Source: Heterodontus francisci (taxonomy: Eukaryota). From it: 64,000 nucleotides of DNA. The stretch covers positions 14,879,558-14,943,557 of the forward strand of contig NC_090399.1 of NCBI RefSeq assembly GCF_036365525.1, written 5' to 3'. This document shows, piece by piece, positions 26,401 through 37,029 of this stretch; within the stretch, counting starts at the first letter, position 1; the number at the start of each line of letters is the position of its first letter. A program made the translations under genes and the position numbers. Under the pieces are notes generated by a model, which saw only the letters and a program-made list of their open reading frames with translations, was not told the DNA's origin and searched no databases.

Positions 26401-29400
26401 TTTGTTCAAAAAAGGGTGTAAAGATAAACCCAACAACTACAGGCAGTTGGTTTAACTTCAGTGATGGGGAAACAACTAGAAACAATAATTCAGGACAAAA
26501 TTAATAGTCACATGGACAAATGCGAGTTAATTAAGGAAAGCCAGCATGGATTTCTTAAGGCAAAATCGTTTTTAACTATCTTGCTGGAGTTTTTTGAAGA
26601 GGTAACAGAGAGAGTTGATGAGGGCGATGCTGTTGATGTGGTGTACATGGACTTTCAAAAGGCATTTGATGCAGTGCCACACAACAGGCTTGTGAGCAAG
26701 GTTATAGCTCATGGAATAAAAGGGACAATAGCAACATGGGTATGGAATTGGCTGAGTGACAAGAAACAGAGAGTAGTGGTTAATGGATGTTTTTTGGGCT
26801 GGAGGAATGTTTGGAGTGGAGTTCCCCAGGGGTCAGTGTCAGGACCTTCTCTTCCTGATATATATTAATGACCTAAACCTTGGTGTACAGGGCACAATTT
26901 CAAAGTTTGCAGATGACACAAAACTTGGAAGCATTGTGAACTGTGAGGAAGATAATGTGGAACTCCAAAAGGACATAGACAAGTTGGTGGAACGGGCAGA
27001 AAGGTGGCAGATGAAGGTCAATGCACAGAAATGTGAAGTGGCTCATTTTGGTAGGAAGAAAATGGAGAGACAATATAGAATAAAGGGTACAATTCTAAAG
27101 GGGGTGCAGGAGCAAAAAAACGTTAACTCTATTTTTCTTCCCACACATGCTGCCTGACCTGCTGAGTACTTCCAGCACTTTCTGTTTTTGTTTCTGATTT
27201 CCAGCATCCACAGTATTTTGCTTTTGTGTTGTTGTAGTAATCCAAGAGTCTGCCCTATGATAGTAAGACTATGAATTCAAATCCCATCACAGCAACCAAG
27301 GAATTTAAATGAATGTGAAAACAGAAAGCTCGTATTGGTATTGGTGACCGTGTAACTATCAGATTGGTACAAAATCCATCTGGTTTGTTCATGTGCTTGA
27401 AGGAAGGAAATTGCTATTCTTTCCTGATCTTCACCTATTGCAATGTACTTGACTCTTTACTGCCCTCTGCAATGGCCGAACAAACAATTCAGTTGTCAAG
27501 AAGGCAGCTCGCTACCATCTTTTCAAGGGCAATTAGGGATGGGCAGTAAATACTGGTCTTGCCAGCGACGTTCTCATCGTGAATTAATTGACAAAAAACC
27601 GAACGCTTCATTGACCTTTAAATCTCAATAATATACACTACATATCCTCCATTTAATAAAATACTCAACTAGAATAAACCAATTTTACAAACAGTTTACC
27701 CACTACAACACTTATAACCAGTTACTGTGCTGAAAAAGATATGGATATACGTCGCCACTGAAGTAAGTGATCGTCAGATGCACATTAGGTTCGACAAATA
27801 CACCCAACGACTACGACGTGAGGATGAAATGCGTGGCAAGTATACAAAATCCATTTCTTAAATAACCGTCATATCAAAAAACAAGTGACAGAAAAATAAA
27901 TTTGAGTTGATGATCCCTTCTTCATTATTGTGTTGTCACATGACTGTGTTTGGCAACACAGGTCACTGCACACCCAGTACTCCAGGAATATAAATTCGTC
28001 TGCTCCGAATAGGAGAGGATTGCTGATTCAGGTCATTTGCGATTCTGCACGTCTGATCTCACGATCCTGTCTGGGCAGACTAGGGAAACAAAGTACTGAA
28101 ACAGACTTTCCTCTGCCGTTGAAACACAGCGTGGGAGCAAGGACACATTTATTTAGTAATGAAACTGGACACCTCCCTCCCATGCTAATATTTGGGAAAT
28201 TCACCGTTTGCTGGGTATGCAGACAGAATTCGTGGTATCTTCAGATGTGTTGCAATAAGTACACTAATAAAAATCCGGGCTCCACCTAACCGAAAAGAAA
28301 TAACTTGTTGAGCTTTTTTCTGAGAAATAGATCGGCATAGAAGATAGTGCAACACTTCACCTCCCTACACCCCCCGCCACGCTCCGTCCCCCACCCAGCT
28401 CCGAACCCTGCTGAAATTTGCAGGTTTTTGAAGTACAAGTTTGTATTCACCTAACCATCGCTTTCTTGTGGTTTTATCTGCTCAAGATCTTGCTGCTGTG
28501 CTGCGCCTTGAGCGTTAAGTCAACTGCGGTTTCTTGACGGAAGGCTACAGCTAGCAATAGCAACCTTCAAAAACTCAAAGGGAGATGGAAACAAAAAACA
28601 ACAACAGCTTTTGATTTATCTCCTCAGGTCATGACGATTCTGAAGTGACATCTCCACCGAATCAAGGGAACATATATCTGCTTATATTTTCAGTGTTGGT
28701 GCTTGTGCTGCTGGGTCTCATCCTTGTTAAAATAATTTCAACCCTGCTCTGCTGTGGCCCTCGAGGTAATTATCCTGAATTCAACTTCGTTACTACATGG
28801 AAAGAGTTACTGCAAGCATATTCCTTTCTTGCAAAGTTTGTATGATTATACACATAAAAGAATAACACGGCTGATGTGTAGCTTACGTTGCAATGTAGCG
28901 ACACTCAAATAGTCAAAATGATTGATGAATAGGAATAATCAGGGTTTTTCATGATTATTTGTATTTACCAAAAGGCACGGAATGACGTGATTTCAATAAT
29001 TTGGAAAACGTGTAATCTTGCATAATTCGAAACCATAAACGCCATGGCTTTTGACATACACATATTTTAATTGGCGCAAAAGCAGTTAATCGGAAGACCC
29101 CCATGTGTGTTAAATGGAACAGTAGCGCAGTATGCACTAGTGTGAGGTGATGCATTTTGGGTGGACTAACAAGGCAAGGGAATTTACAATGGGTGGTGGG
29201 ACACGAGGAAGTACAGAGGCCCAGAGGGACCTTGGTGTTCTTGTTCATAGATCACTGAAGGCAGCAGCACAGGCAGATAAGGTGGTTAGGAAGGCATATG
29301 GGATACTTGCCTTTATTAGCCGAAGCATAGAAAATAAGAGCAGGGAGGTTATGATGGAGCTGTATAAAAGGCTAGTTAGGCCACAGCTGGAGTACTGTGT

Positions 29401-32400
29401 ACAGTTCTGGGCACCACACTATAGGAAGGATGCGATTGCACTGGAGAGGGTGCAGAGGAGATTCACCAGGATGTTGCCTGGGCTGGAGCATTTCAGCTAT
29501 GAAGAGAGACTGGAAAGCCTAGGGTTGTTTTCCTTAGAGCAGAGAAGGCTGAGGGGGGTGGGGGGGGGGCCTGATTGAGGTATACAAAATTATGAGGGGC
29601 ACAGATAGGATAGATAGGAAGAAACTTTTTCCCTTAGCGGAGGGATCAATAACCAGGGGACATAGATGTAAGGTAAAGGACAGGAGGTCTAGAGGGGATT
29701 TGACGGAAAAAAATTTCACCCAGAGGGTGGTTGGAATCTGGAACACACTGCCTGAAAGGGTGGTAGAGGCAGGAACCCTGCTTTAAGAAGTATTTAAATG
29801 TGCACTTGAAATGCCATAGCATGCAAGGCTACGGGCCAAGTGCTGGAAAATGGGATTAGAATAGATAGGTGTTTGATGGCCGGCACAGACACAATGGGCC
29901 GAAGAGCCTGTTTCTGTGCTGTATAACTCTAAGCCTCTATGACTGTCTGATGAAAGCTGCCATCGGATGCACCAGAGAATGAGGGAGACTGAGCTTCAAC
30001 TCCCCCACAGCCTTATTTTCCTATTAGAGGCCGATCATCACTGGCATGCCCTTTGCAAGCCAGGTTGTGTGGCATTGGCAATGAAGAAAGGGATTTGGGG
30101 AAGCTTCGGGAGCAGTGAAGTGGTCTGACTGAGGAACCTGGTCAAGTGAGAAGCATGAATAAGAAAAAGCTTGCATTTATATAGCGCCTTTGAGATAGTA
30201 AAAACACCCCAATGTGCTTCACAGGAGCGTTACCAAAAAAAATTTGACACCAAACCACGTAAGCAGGTTTTAGGGCAGCTGGCCAAAAACTGAGTTAAAG
30301 AGGGAGGTTTCAAGGAGGAAAGAGAGGTGAAAAGACATAGAGGGTGAAAAGAGAAGGAAAAAGTGGAATAAATTACAATAGCAAGCCGTGAATCACAACA
30401 AGAAGAATGAAAAATCATCACTGTGGTGTATATTTACGCACCACTTTCAATTAAATGTATTGTTTTTATTCCGTAAAATTATAAGTCATCCAAATAGTAG
30501 AAGATCAAAAACTTATTTGAACACTCAACTTAGAAAATGCCAGAATATGCCATGATTTCACAGCAGTTTTAAATATTTCGCTGCAGAGGCCATTTAATAG
30601 TTATGTATTTTAATGTTTTTGTCACATTGCAAGATATTAGATGTTTCAGTAAGAACAGAGAAGATGGTAAAAGGGGGGGGGGGCGGTGTGGCATTGTTAA
30701 TCAAGGAGAGTATTACAGCGACAGAAAGGACATTTGAGGACTCGTCTACTGAGGCAGTATGGGCCGAGGTGAGAAACAGGAGAGGAGAGGTCACCCTGTT
30801 GGGAGTCTTTTATAGACCTCCGAATAGTTCCAGAGATGTAGAGGAAAGGATAGCGAAGATGATTCTCGACAGGGGCCAGAGTAACAGGGTAGTTGTTATG
30901 GGGAACTTTAACTTTCCAAATATTGACTGGAAATACTATAGTTTGAGTACTTTAGATGGGTCAGTTTTTGTCCAGTGTGTGCAGGAGGGTTTTCTGACAC
31001 AGTATGTAGACAGGCCAACCAGGGGCGATGCCACATTGGATTTGGTACTGGGTAATGAACCCGGCCAGGTGTTAGATTTAGATGTAGGTGAGCACTTTGG
31101 TGATAGTGATCACAATTCGGTTAGGTTTACCTTAGCGATGGGCAGGGACAGGTATATACCGCAGGGCAAGAATTATAGCTGGGGGAAAGGAAATTATGAT
31201 GCGATTAGGCAAGATTTAGGATGCGTAGGATGGGGAAGGAAACTGCAGGGGATGGGCACAATCGAAATGTGGAGCTTATTCAAGGAGCAGCTACTGCGTG
31301 TCCTTGATAAGTATGTACCTGTCAGGCAGGGAGGAAGTTGTCGAGCGAGGGAGCCGTGGTTTACTAAAGAAGTTGAAGCGCTTGTCAAGAGGAAGAAGAA
31401 GGCTTATGTTAGGATGAGACGTGAAGGCTCAGTTAGGGCGCTTGAGAGTTACAAGCTAGCCAGGAAGGATCTAAAGGGAGAGCTAAGAAGAGCAAGGAGA
31501 GGACACGAGAAGTCATTGGCGGATAGGATCAAGGAAAACCCTAAGGCTTTCTATAGGTATATCAGGAATAAAAGAATGACTAGAGTTAGATTAGGGCCAA
31601 TCAAGGATAGTAGTGGGAAGTTGTGTGTGGAATCAGAGGAGATAGGGGAAGCGTTAAATGAATATTTTGCGTCAGTATTTACAGTAGAGAAAGAAAATGT
31701 TGTCGAGCAGAATACTGAGATTCAGGCTACTAGGCTAGATGAGATTGAGGTTCACAAGGAGGAGGTGTTAGCAATATTGGAAAGTGTGAAAATAGATAAG
31801 TCCCCTGGGCCAGATGGGATTTATCCTAGGATTCTCCGGGAAGCAAGGGAGGAGATTGCAGAGCCTCTGTCCTTGATCTTTATGTCATCATTGTCGACAG
31901 GAATAGTGCCGGAAGACTGGAGGATAGCAAATGTTGTCCCCTTGTTCAAGAAGGGGAGTAGAGACAGCCCTGGTAATTATAGACCTGTGAGCCTTACTTC
32001 GGTTGTGGGTAAAATGTTGGAAAAGGTTATAAGAGACAGGATTTATAATCATCTAGGGAAGAATAAGTTCATTAGTGATAGTCAGCACGGTTTTGTGAAG
32101 AGTAGGTCGTGCCTCACAAACCTTATTGAGTTTTTCGAGAAGGTGACCAAACAGGTGGATGAGGGTAAAGCAGTGGATGTGGTCTATATGGATTTCAGTA
32201 AGGCGTTTGATAAGGTTCCCCACGGTAGGCTATTGCAGAAAATATGGAAGTATGGGGTTGAAGGTGATTTCGAGCTTTGGATCAGAAATTGGCTAGCTGA
32301 AAGAAGACAGAGGGTGGTGATTGATGGCAAATGTTCATCCTGGAGTTTAGTTACTAGTGGTGTACCGCAAGGATCTGTTTTGGGGCCACTGCTGTTTGTC

Positions 32401-35400
32401 ATTTTTTATAAATGACCTGGAAGAGGGTGTAGAAGGGTGGGTTAGTAAATTTGCAGATGACACTAAGGTCGGTGGAGTTGTGGATAGTGCCGAAGGATGT
32501 TGTAGGGTACAGAGGGACATAGATAGGATGCAGAGCTGGGCTGAGAGATGGCAAATGGAGTTTAATGCGGAAAAGTGTGAGGTGATTCACTTTGGAAGGA
32601 GTAACAGGAATGCAGAGTACTGGGCTAATGGGAAGATTCTTGGTAGTGTAGATGAACAGAGAGATCTTGGTGTCCAGGTACATAAATCCCTGAAGGTTGC
32701 TACCCAGGTTAATAGGGCTGTTAAGAAGGCATATGGTGTGTTAGCTTTTATTAGTAGGGGGATCAAGTTTCGGAGCCACGAGGTCATGCTGCAGCTGTAC
32801 AAAACTCTGGTGAGACCGCACCTGGAGTATTGCGTGCAGTTCTGGTCACCGCATTATAGGAAGGATGTGGAAGCTTTGGAAAGGGTGCAGAGGAGATTTA
32901 CTAGGATGTTGCCTGGTATGGAGGGAAGGTCTTACGAGGAAAGGCTGAGGAACTTGAGGTTGTTTTCGTTGGAGAGGAGGAGGAGAGGTGACTTAATAGA
33001 GACATATAAGATAATCAGAGGGTTAGATAGGGTGGATAGTGAGAGTCTTTTTCCTCGGATGGTGATGGCAAACACGAGGGGACATAGCTTTAAGTTGATG
33101 GGTGATAGATATAGGACAGATGTCAGAGGTAGTTTCTTTACTCAGAGAGTAGTAGGGGCGTGGAACGCCCTGCCTGCAGCAGTAGTAGACTCGCCAACTT
33201 TAAGGGCATTTAAGTGGTCATTGGATAGACATATGGATGAAAATGGGATCGTGTAGGTCAGATGGTTTCACAGGTCGGCGCAACATCGAGGGCCGAAGGG
33301 CCTGTACTGCGCTGTAATATTCTAATTCTAATATTAAACAATGATAAAGTACGGATAATATAATTTGGAAAGTATAAGTTTCTGTTAATAAAGAAGCATA
33401 TTTCCATCTCAAAGTTTTCATATTGTATTGACAGTAGTACCATACTATTTTGGATTGTTGTTTTTGTTCTGGTTTTTAAAAAATCTAATCGACTTAAAAT
33501 ATTTTATAGATAAAAGAACTGGAACCCAAGTTGTAAGTAAGGTATGTAATATATTGTAACTAAGACATTTAATTTGATTTGCAGTGTGATTCATTGCTGT
33601 TGTCGGTGACCCTTTTTGAGAAAGCTACATAAAGAGATAAGATCCACCTACAGGAAACTTATTATCGTGCAAAAGATTGGAACGTGTCCTGCCAAAATGC
33701 ATCACCTCACACTTCTCAGGATTAAATTCCATTTGCCACTGCTCTGCCCATCTCACCAGCCCATCTATATCATCCTGTAATCTAAGGCTTTCCTCCTTAC
33801 TATTTACAACTCCACCAATTTTCATGTCATCTGCGAACTTACTAATCAGACCTCCTATATTCACGTCTAAATCATTATTGTACACTACAAACAGCAAAGG
33901 TCCCAGCCCCGATCCCTGTGATACACCACTGGTCACAGGCTTCCAATCGCAAAAGCACCCCTCAAAAATCACACTCTACCTCCTGCCACTAAGCCAATTT
34001 TGCATCTAATTTGCCAAATTGCCCTGGATCCCATGGGCTCTTACCTTCTTAACCAATCTCCCATGCGAGACCTTATCAAAAGCCATACTGAAGTCCGTGT
34101 AGACTACATCAACTGCTTTACCCTCATTTACACATCTCGTCACTTCCTTGAAAGATTCAATCAAGTTTGTTGGACATGATCTCCCCCTGATAAAGCCATG
34201 CTGACTATTCTTAATTAATCCCTGCCTCTCCAATTGGAGATTAATCTTGTCCCTCAGAATTTTTTCCAATAGTTTCCCTACCACTGATGTTAGACTCACC
34301 GACTTGTAATTACCTGGTTTATCCCTGCTACCCTTCTACCACATTCACTATCTTCCAGTCTTCTGGAACCTTTCCTGTGGCCAGAGAGGATTTGCAAATT
34401 TGTGTTAGAGCCACTGCAATCTCTTCCCTTGCCTCACATAACAGCCTGGAATACATCTCATCTAGGCCTGGGGATTTATCCACTTTTAAGCCTGCTAAAA
34501 TCGCTAATACCTCCTCCCTTCCAATGCTAATTTGTTCGAGTATATCACAATCCTCCTCCCTGATCACTACACCTACATCGTCCTTCTCCATAGTGAACAC
34601 AGATGAAAAGTAATCATTTAAAACCTCACCTATGTCCTCCGGCTCAACACAGATTGCCTCTTTGGTCCCTACTCTTTCCCTGGTTATCCTCTTGCCCTTA
34701 ATATACTTATAAAATGCCTTAGGATTTTCCTTTATCTTGCCTACCAGTGTTTTTTCATGTCCTCTCTTCGCTCTCCTAATTACTTTTTTAAGTACCCCCC
34801 TATACTTTCTATACTCCTCTGGGGCCTCTGCTGTTTTCAGCACTCCGAATCTGCTGTAAGCCTCCTTTTTTTTCCTGATCCAATCCTCTATATCCCTTGG
34901 CTTCCAGGGTTCCCTGGACTTGTTGGTCCTACCCCTCACCTTTACGGGAACATGTTGGCTCTGAACTCTCACTTTTTCCTTTCTGAATGACTCCCACTGG
35001 TCTGATGTAGACTTTCCTACAAGTAGCTGCTCCCAGTCCACTTTGGCCAGATCCTGTTTTATCATATTGAAATCGGCCTTCCCCCAATTCAGTACCTTTA
35101 TTTCCGGTCCATCTTTGTCCTTTTACAGAACTACCTTAAATCTTACAGAGTTATGGTCACTATCCCTGAAATGCTCCCCCACTGACACTTCTACCACTTG
35201 TCCAGCCTCATTCCCTAGGATTACATCCAGTAACGCCCCTTTAAGCCTTTTGCACTAAAGCTATCCCAGTTAATATCGGGGAAGTTGAAATCCCCTACTA
35301 TTATTACCCTATTATTTTGACACCTCTCTGAGATTTGCCTACATATCTGCTCCTTTATCTCTCCTTGACTATTTGGAGGCCTGTAGTACACTCCCAGTCA

Positions 35401-35768
35401 AGTGATTGCCCCCTTTTGCATAGTTACTGCACCGAGATGATCAGCTATCCTGTCATTTCAAATCTTGTAACAAATGATCTGATTAATTTAAGGACGGAGA
35501 CAGGTCGGAAACTGTTCCTCATGTCGAGCTGAATATCCCCCGATCAAACCCTCCTCATCGGATTGTGTGCGAGGCAGTGAGGTCCGGCGGACAGAATCAA
35601 AACTCAACAGCAAGTGGCTCGGTATCACTTCCAGCAAGTAATGAAGAATCGGTTGTGTCCACGTCATTGTGGCAACCGGATTATAATGAGGAATCGGTTC
35701 GGTTCGAGCCCGTGCAGGCTCCCAGAAGGATGGAAGGGCAGACCGTGTATGCGGCTGTAAGAGTGTAG
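14376..35768 (+). CDS. NCR3: NKp30/NCR3-like type I Ig-superfamily receptor, 5 coding exons join(14376..14418,18209..18562,28628..28765,33510..33541,35493..35768), 280 aa
   Basis: All introns are GT-AG, and the phases chain 1-1-1-0 into an 843-nt stop-free ORF: MFWVGCVWSFLLFSR-VTASGVTVIQEPRSV...YYCEVVLNIGGKGTGEGTEVTVNR-HDDSEVTSPPNQGNIYLLIFSVLVLVLLGLILVKIISTLLCCGPRD-KRTGTQVVSK-DGDRSE...EGQTVYAAVRV*. The symbol denotes family, not proven orthology. Confidence 0.8.
14455..14585. repeat. (CA)n/(TA)n microsatellite
   Basis: Visible alternating dinucleotide runs just inside intron 1. Confidence 0.8.
15165..15810 (-). mobile_element. Old CR1 RT fragment
   Basis: SGVPQGSVLG...FADDTK...CEVMHFGR. Confidence 0.8.
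15990..16478 (-). mobile_element. Penelope-like element 3' end (family A) with hammerhead motif
   Basis: Minus strand encodes GTLQPAGLNIEFNNF* (GIY-YIG C-terminal TLxPxGLN), followed by a terminal repeat also seen at 16915-16970, 17940-18050, 24345-24480, 27120-27225, 37131-37250. Confidence 0.75.
16091..16127 (-). ncRNA. Minimal type I hammerhead ribozyme motif
   Basis: Minus strand AGTT-CTGAAGA-A-GGGTC-ACA-GACCT-GAAA-CG-TT-AACT: intact core, stems I and II, palindromic helix III (AACGTT). Confidence 0.6.
18209..18562 (+). CDS. NCR3: Exon 2: V-set Ig domain with germline J-like G strand (NKp30-like)
   Basis: Acceptor ttgcag|, donor C|gtaagt, phase 1-1. B-strand Cys (LHLSC), IGSLIWYKD (cf. 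human NKp30 IGSVTWFRD), EYIGRV, DTGRYYC, GKGTGEGTEVTV (cf. GVGTGNGTRLVV). Confidence 0.93.
19531..20714 (-). mobile_element. Young 5'-truncated CR1
   Basis: Open 352-aa RT C-terminal ORF, (tgttctt)n tail as in the element at 1-1770. Confidence 0.93.
21772..23391 (+). mobile_element. 5'-truncated CR1 with duplicated 3' tail
   Basis: RT fragments, 3' UTR present twice (23075-23235, 23237-23391), (ctatgact) tail. Confidence 0.88.
23775..27118 (+). mobile_element. Degenerate CR1 (ORF1 esterase + ORF2) with nested PLE fragment and SINE
   Basis: IGDS/GTNDIG-type ORF1 motifs, MGDFNYP, YMDFQKAFD, FADDTK. Confidence 0.85.
25913..26233 (+). mobile_element. tRNA-derived V-SINE (HE1-like)
   Basis: A box tggcgcagtgg, B box ggttcgattc, V-domain gcggagtttgcaagttctccc...gggtgctccggtttcc, CR1-like tail, (taaa)n. 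Confidence 0.88.
28628..28765 (+). CDS. Exon 3: stalk + transmembrane segment
   Basis: Pyrimidine-rich acceptor atctcctcag|, donor G|gtaatt, 138 nt phase 1-1, encodes IYLLIFSVLVLVLLGLILVKIISTLLCC. Confidence 0.85.
29139..29945 (+). mobile_element. CR1 3' fragment
   Basis: MHFGWTNK...RPQLEYCVQFW, CR1 3' UTR. Confidence 0.88.
30632..33332 (+). mobile_element. Young 5'-truncated CR1 ORF2 (EN+RT), frameshifts at homopolymers
   Basis: 600-aa and 299-aa overlapping ORFs, (ttctaa)n tail, atatta on both flanks. Confidence 0.95.
33510..33541 (+). CDS. Exon 4: 32-nt juxtamembrane micro-exon (D)KRTGTQVVSK
   Basis: attttatag| acceptor and AAG|gtatgt donor. It converts phase 1 to phase 0 as needed to join exon 3 to exon 5, and supplies basic stop-transfer residues. 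Confidence 0.6.
33684..35420 (-). mobile_element. CR1 internal fragment
   Basis: ORF2 linker and RT pieces (KSPGLDEMY, FADD). Confidence 0.88.
35493..35768 (+). CDS. Exon 5: cytoplasmic tail ending in ITSM-type TVYAAV
   Basis: tttaag| acceptor, 91 codons open to TAG, non-repeat sequence, C-terminal TxYxxV, AATAAA ~125 nt downstream. Confidence 0.75.
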   Translation, partial: DGDRSETVPHVELNIPRSNPPHRIVCEAVRSGGQNQNSTASGSVSLPASNEESVVSTSLWQPDYNEESVRFEPVQAPRRMEGQTVYAAVRV

Positions 35769-35891
35769 CGTTTGTATCAAAATGGTCTTTGCATGTTAAT
35801 GGAAGACGTTTTGTAAATTCTAAGCAGGGTTGGAGGCGGATAGCGAGTTTAACAGAAGTTATTTTGATGCTTAACGTCCATTCTAATGATG

Positions 35892-35897
35892 AATAAA
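35892..35897 (+). terminator. Candidate polyadenylation signal of gene 1
   Basis: First AATAAA after the stop codon. Confidence 0.4.
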
Positions 35898-36351
35898 TGG
35901 CAAGTTTGCTTAATTGTTCTGATATTTCCACTCTTGTTTAGCTCAAACCTTGAAGATTGACCATTTGAACTTGCCGGAAGTTTGAACAGTATAAATATTC
36001 TTATTCTAAATCTATTATTTCAATGAATGTGTACAAAAAATACATTTTATAACAGTCATTTGTTGGCTTCAGTACTCCAAGTCGTTACAATGATTTCTTC
36101 TGAAAACATGCCAAGCATACATTGTGGTTTGGCACCGTTTCCTTGCCCTTCTCAGAATCAAATGTTATCTTTTGTTCTATTTGTGATTCTTTCATTTGCG
36201 TGTAGTTTTTCAAAGTGCAACTATATTAACCAAGGGTTGAAACGAAGTCTGAAACCAACAATTTGTTATCCGTCCACTGGATAATCCTATATAAACAAAC
36301 TGACCAACCACAAAGATGCTGCACTGAACAGTCCCAACCCCTGCAATTGTC

Positions 36352-36770
36352 AGAGAGGGGTGGGGGGAGGGGGAAGAGAGGGAAAAAACAGAGAGGGGGA
36401 ACAGAGAGAGAGTGGAAAACAGAGAGGGAAAGAGGGGGGGGGGGCAGAGAGGAAGGGGGCAGAGAGTGAGGGGAAAACAAAGACAGAGAGAGGGGAAAAC
36501 CGAGAGAAGGGAGCAGAAAGGGAGACAGAGAGAGAGAGGGAGGAAAAGAGAGATGGGGGAATAGAGAGAGAGAGCGGCAACTGAGAGAGTGAGCTGGACG
36601 AGGTGGGGGGGGGGGGTGGTGCGGACAGAGTGAGAGAGACAGATAGAGGGGGCACAGAGAGAGAAAGGGGGACGGGGGTACACAATCAGAGAGGATGATG
36701 CAGTAGGGGACGACAACACAAAGAGGGGGAAACACAGGAAGAAATGAAGACTGAGAGAGAGAGAGAGATC
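36352..36770. repeat. Polypurine (GA-rich) low-complexity tract
   Basis: ~420 bp almost entirely G/A on + strand. Confidence 0.85.
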
Positions 36771-37029
36771 AAGATCACTCCTGACAGATGGATATCTATC
36801 CAGAATACTCCACATTGCTACAAGAAGTTGCAGGCAGGCATTGACTACTTGCGGAGGCAAAACCTGCCAGTTACCTCACTAAATTAGTGTCCAACATACT
36901 GACGAGAAAGTAACTCAATAAATTAATCTTCTCATTTAAAACTTCTTCACAAATGCACATTTGTTGTTGTTTTGATTAATAGCAAGATACATTTTTAATG
37001 CATTTATCTTTGCAAAATTGTCTCACCGG

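Noticed and set aside
33585-33620. Alternative bridging exon after tttgcag
   Set aside because: Immediate TGA in the required phase
36210-36860. Leu/Ser/Pro-rich ORFs
   Set aside because: Translation of a GA-rich low-complexity tract
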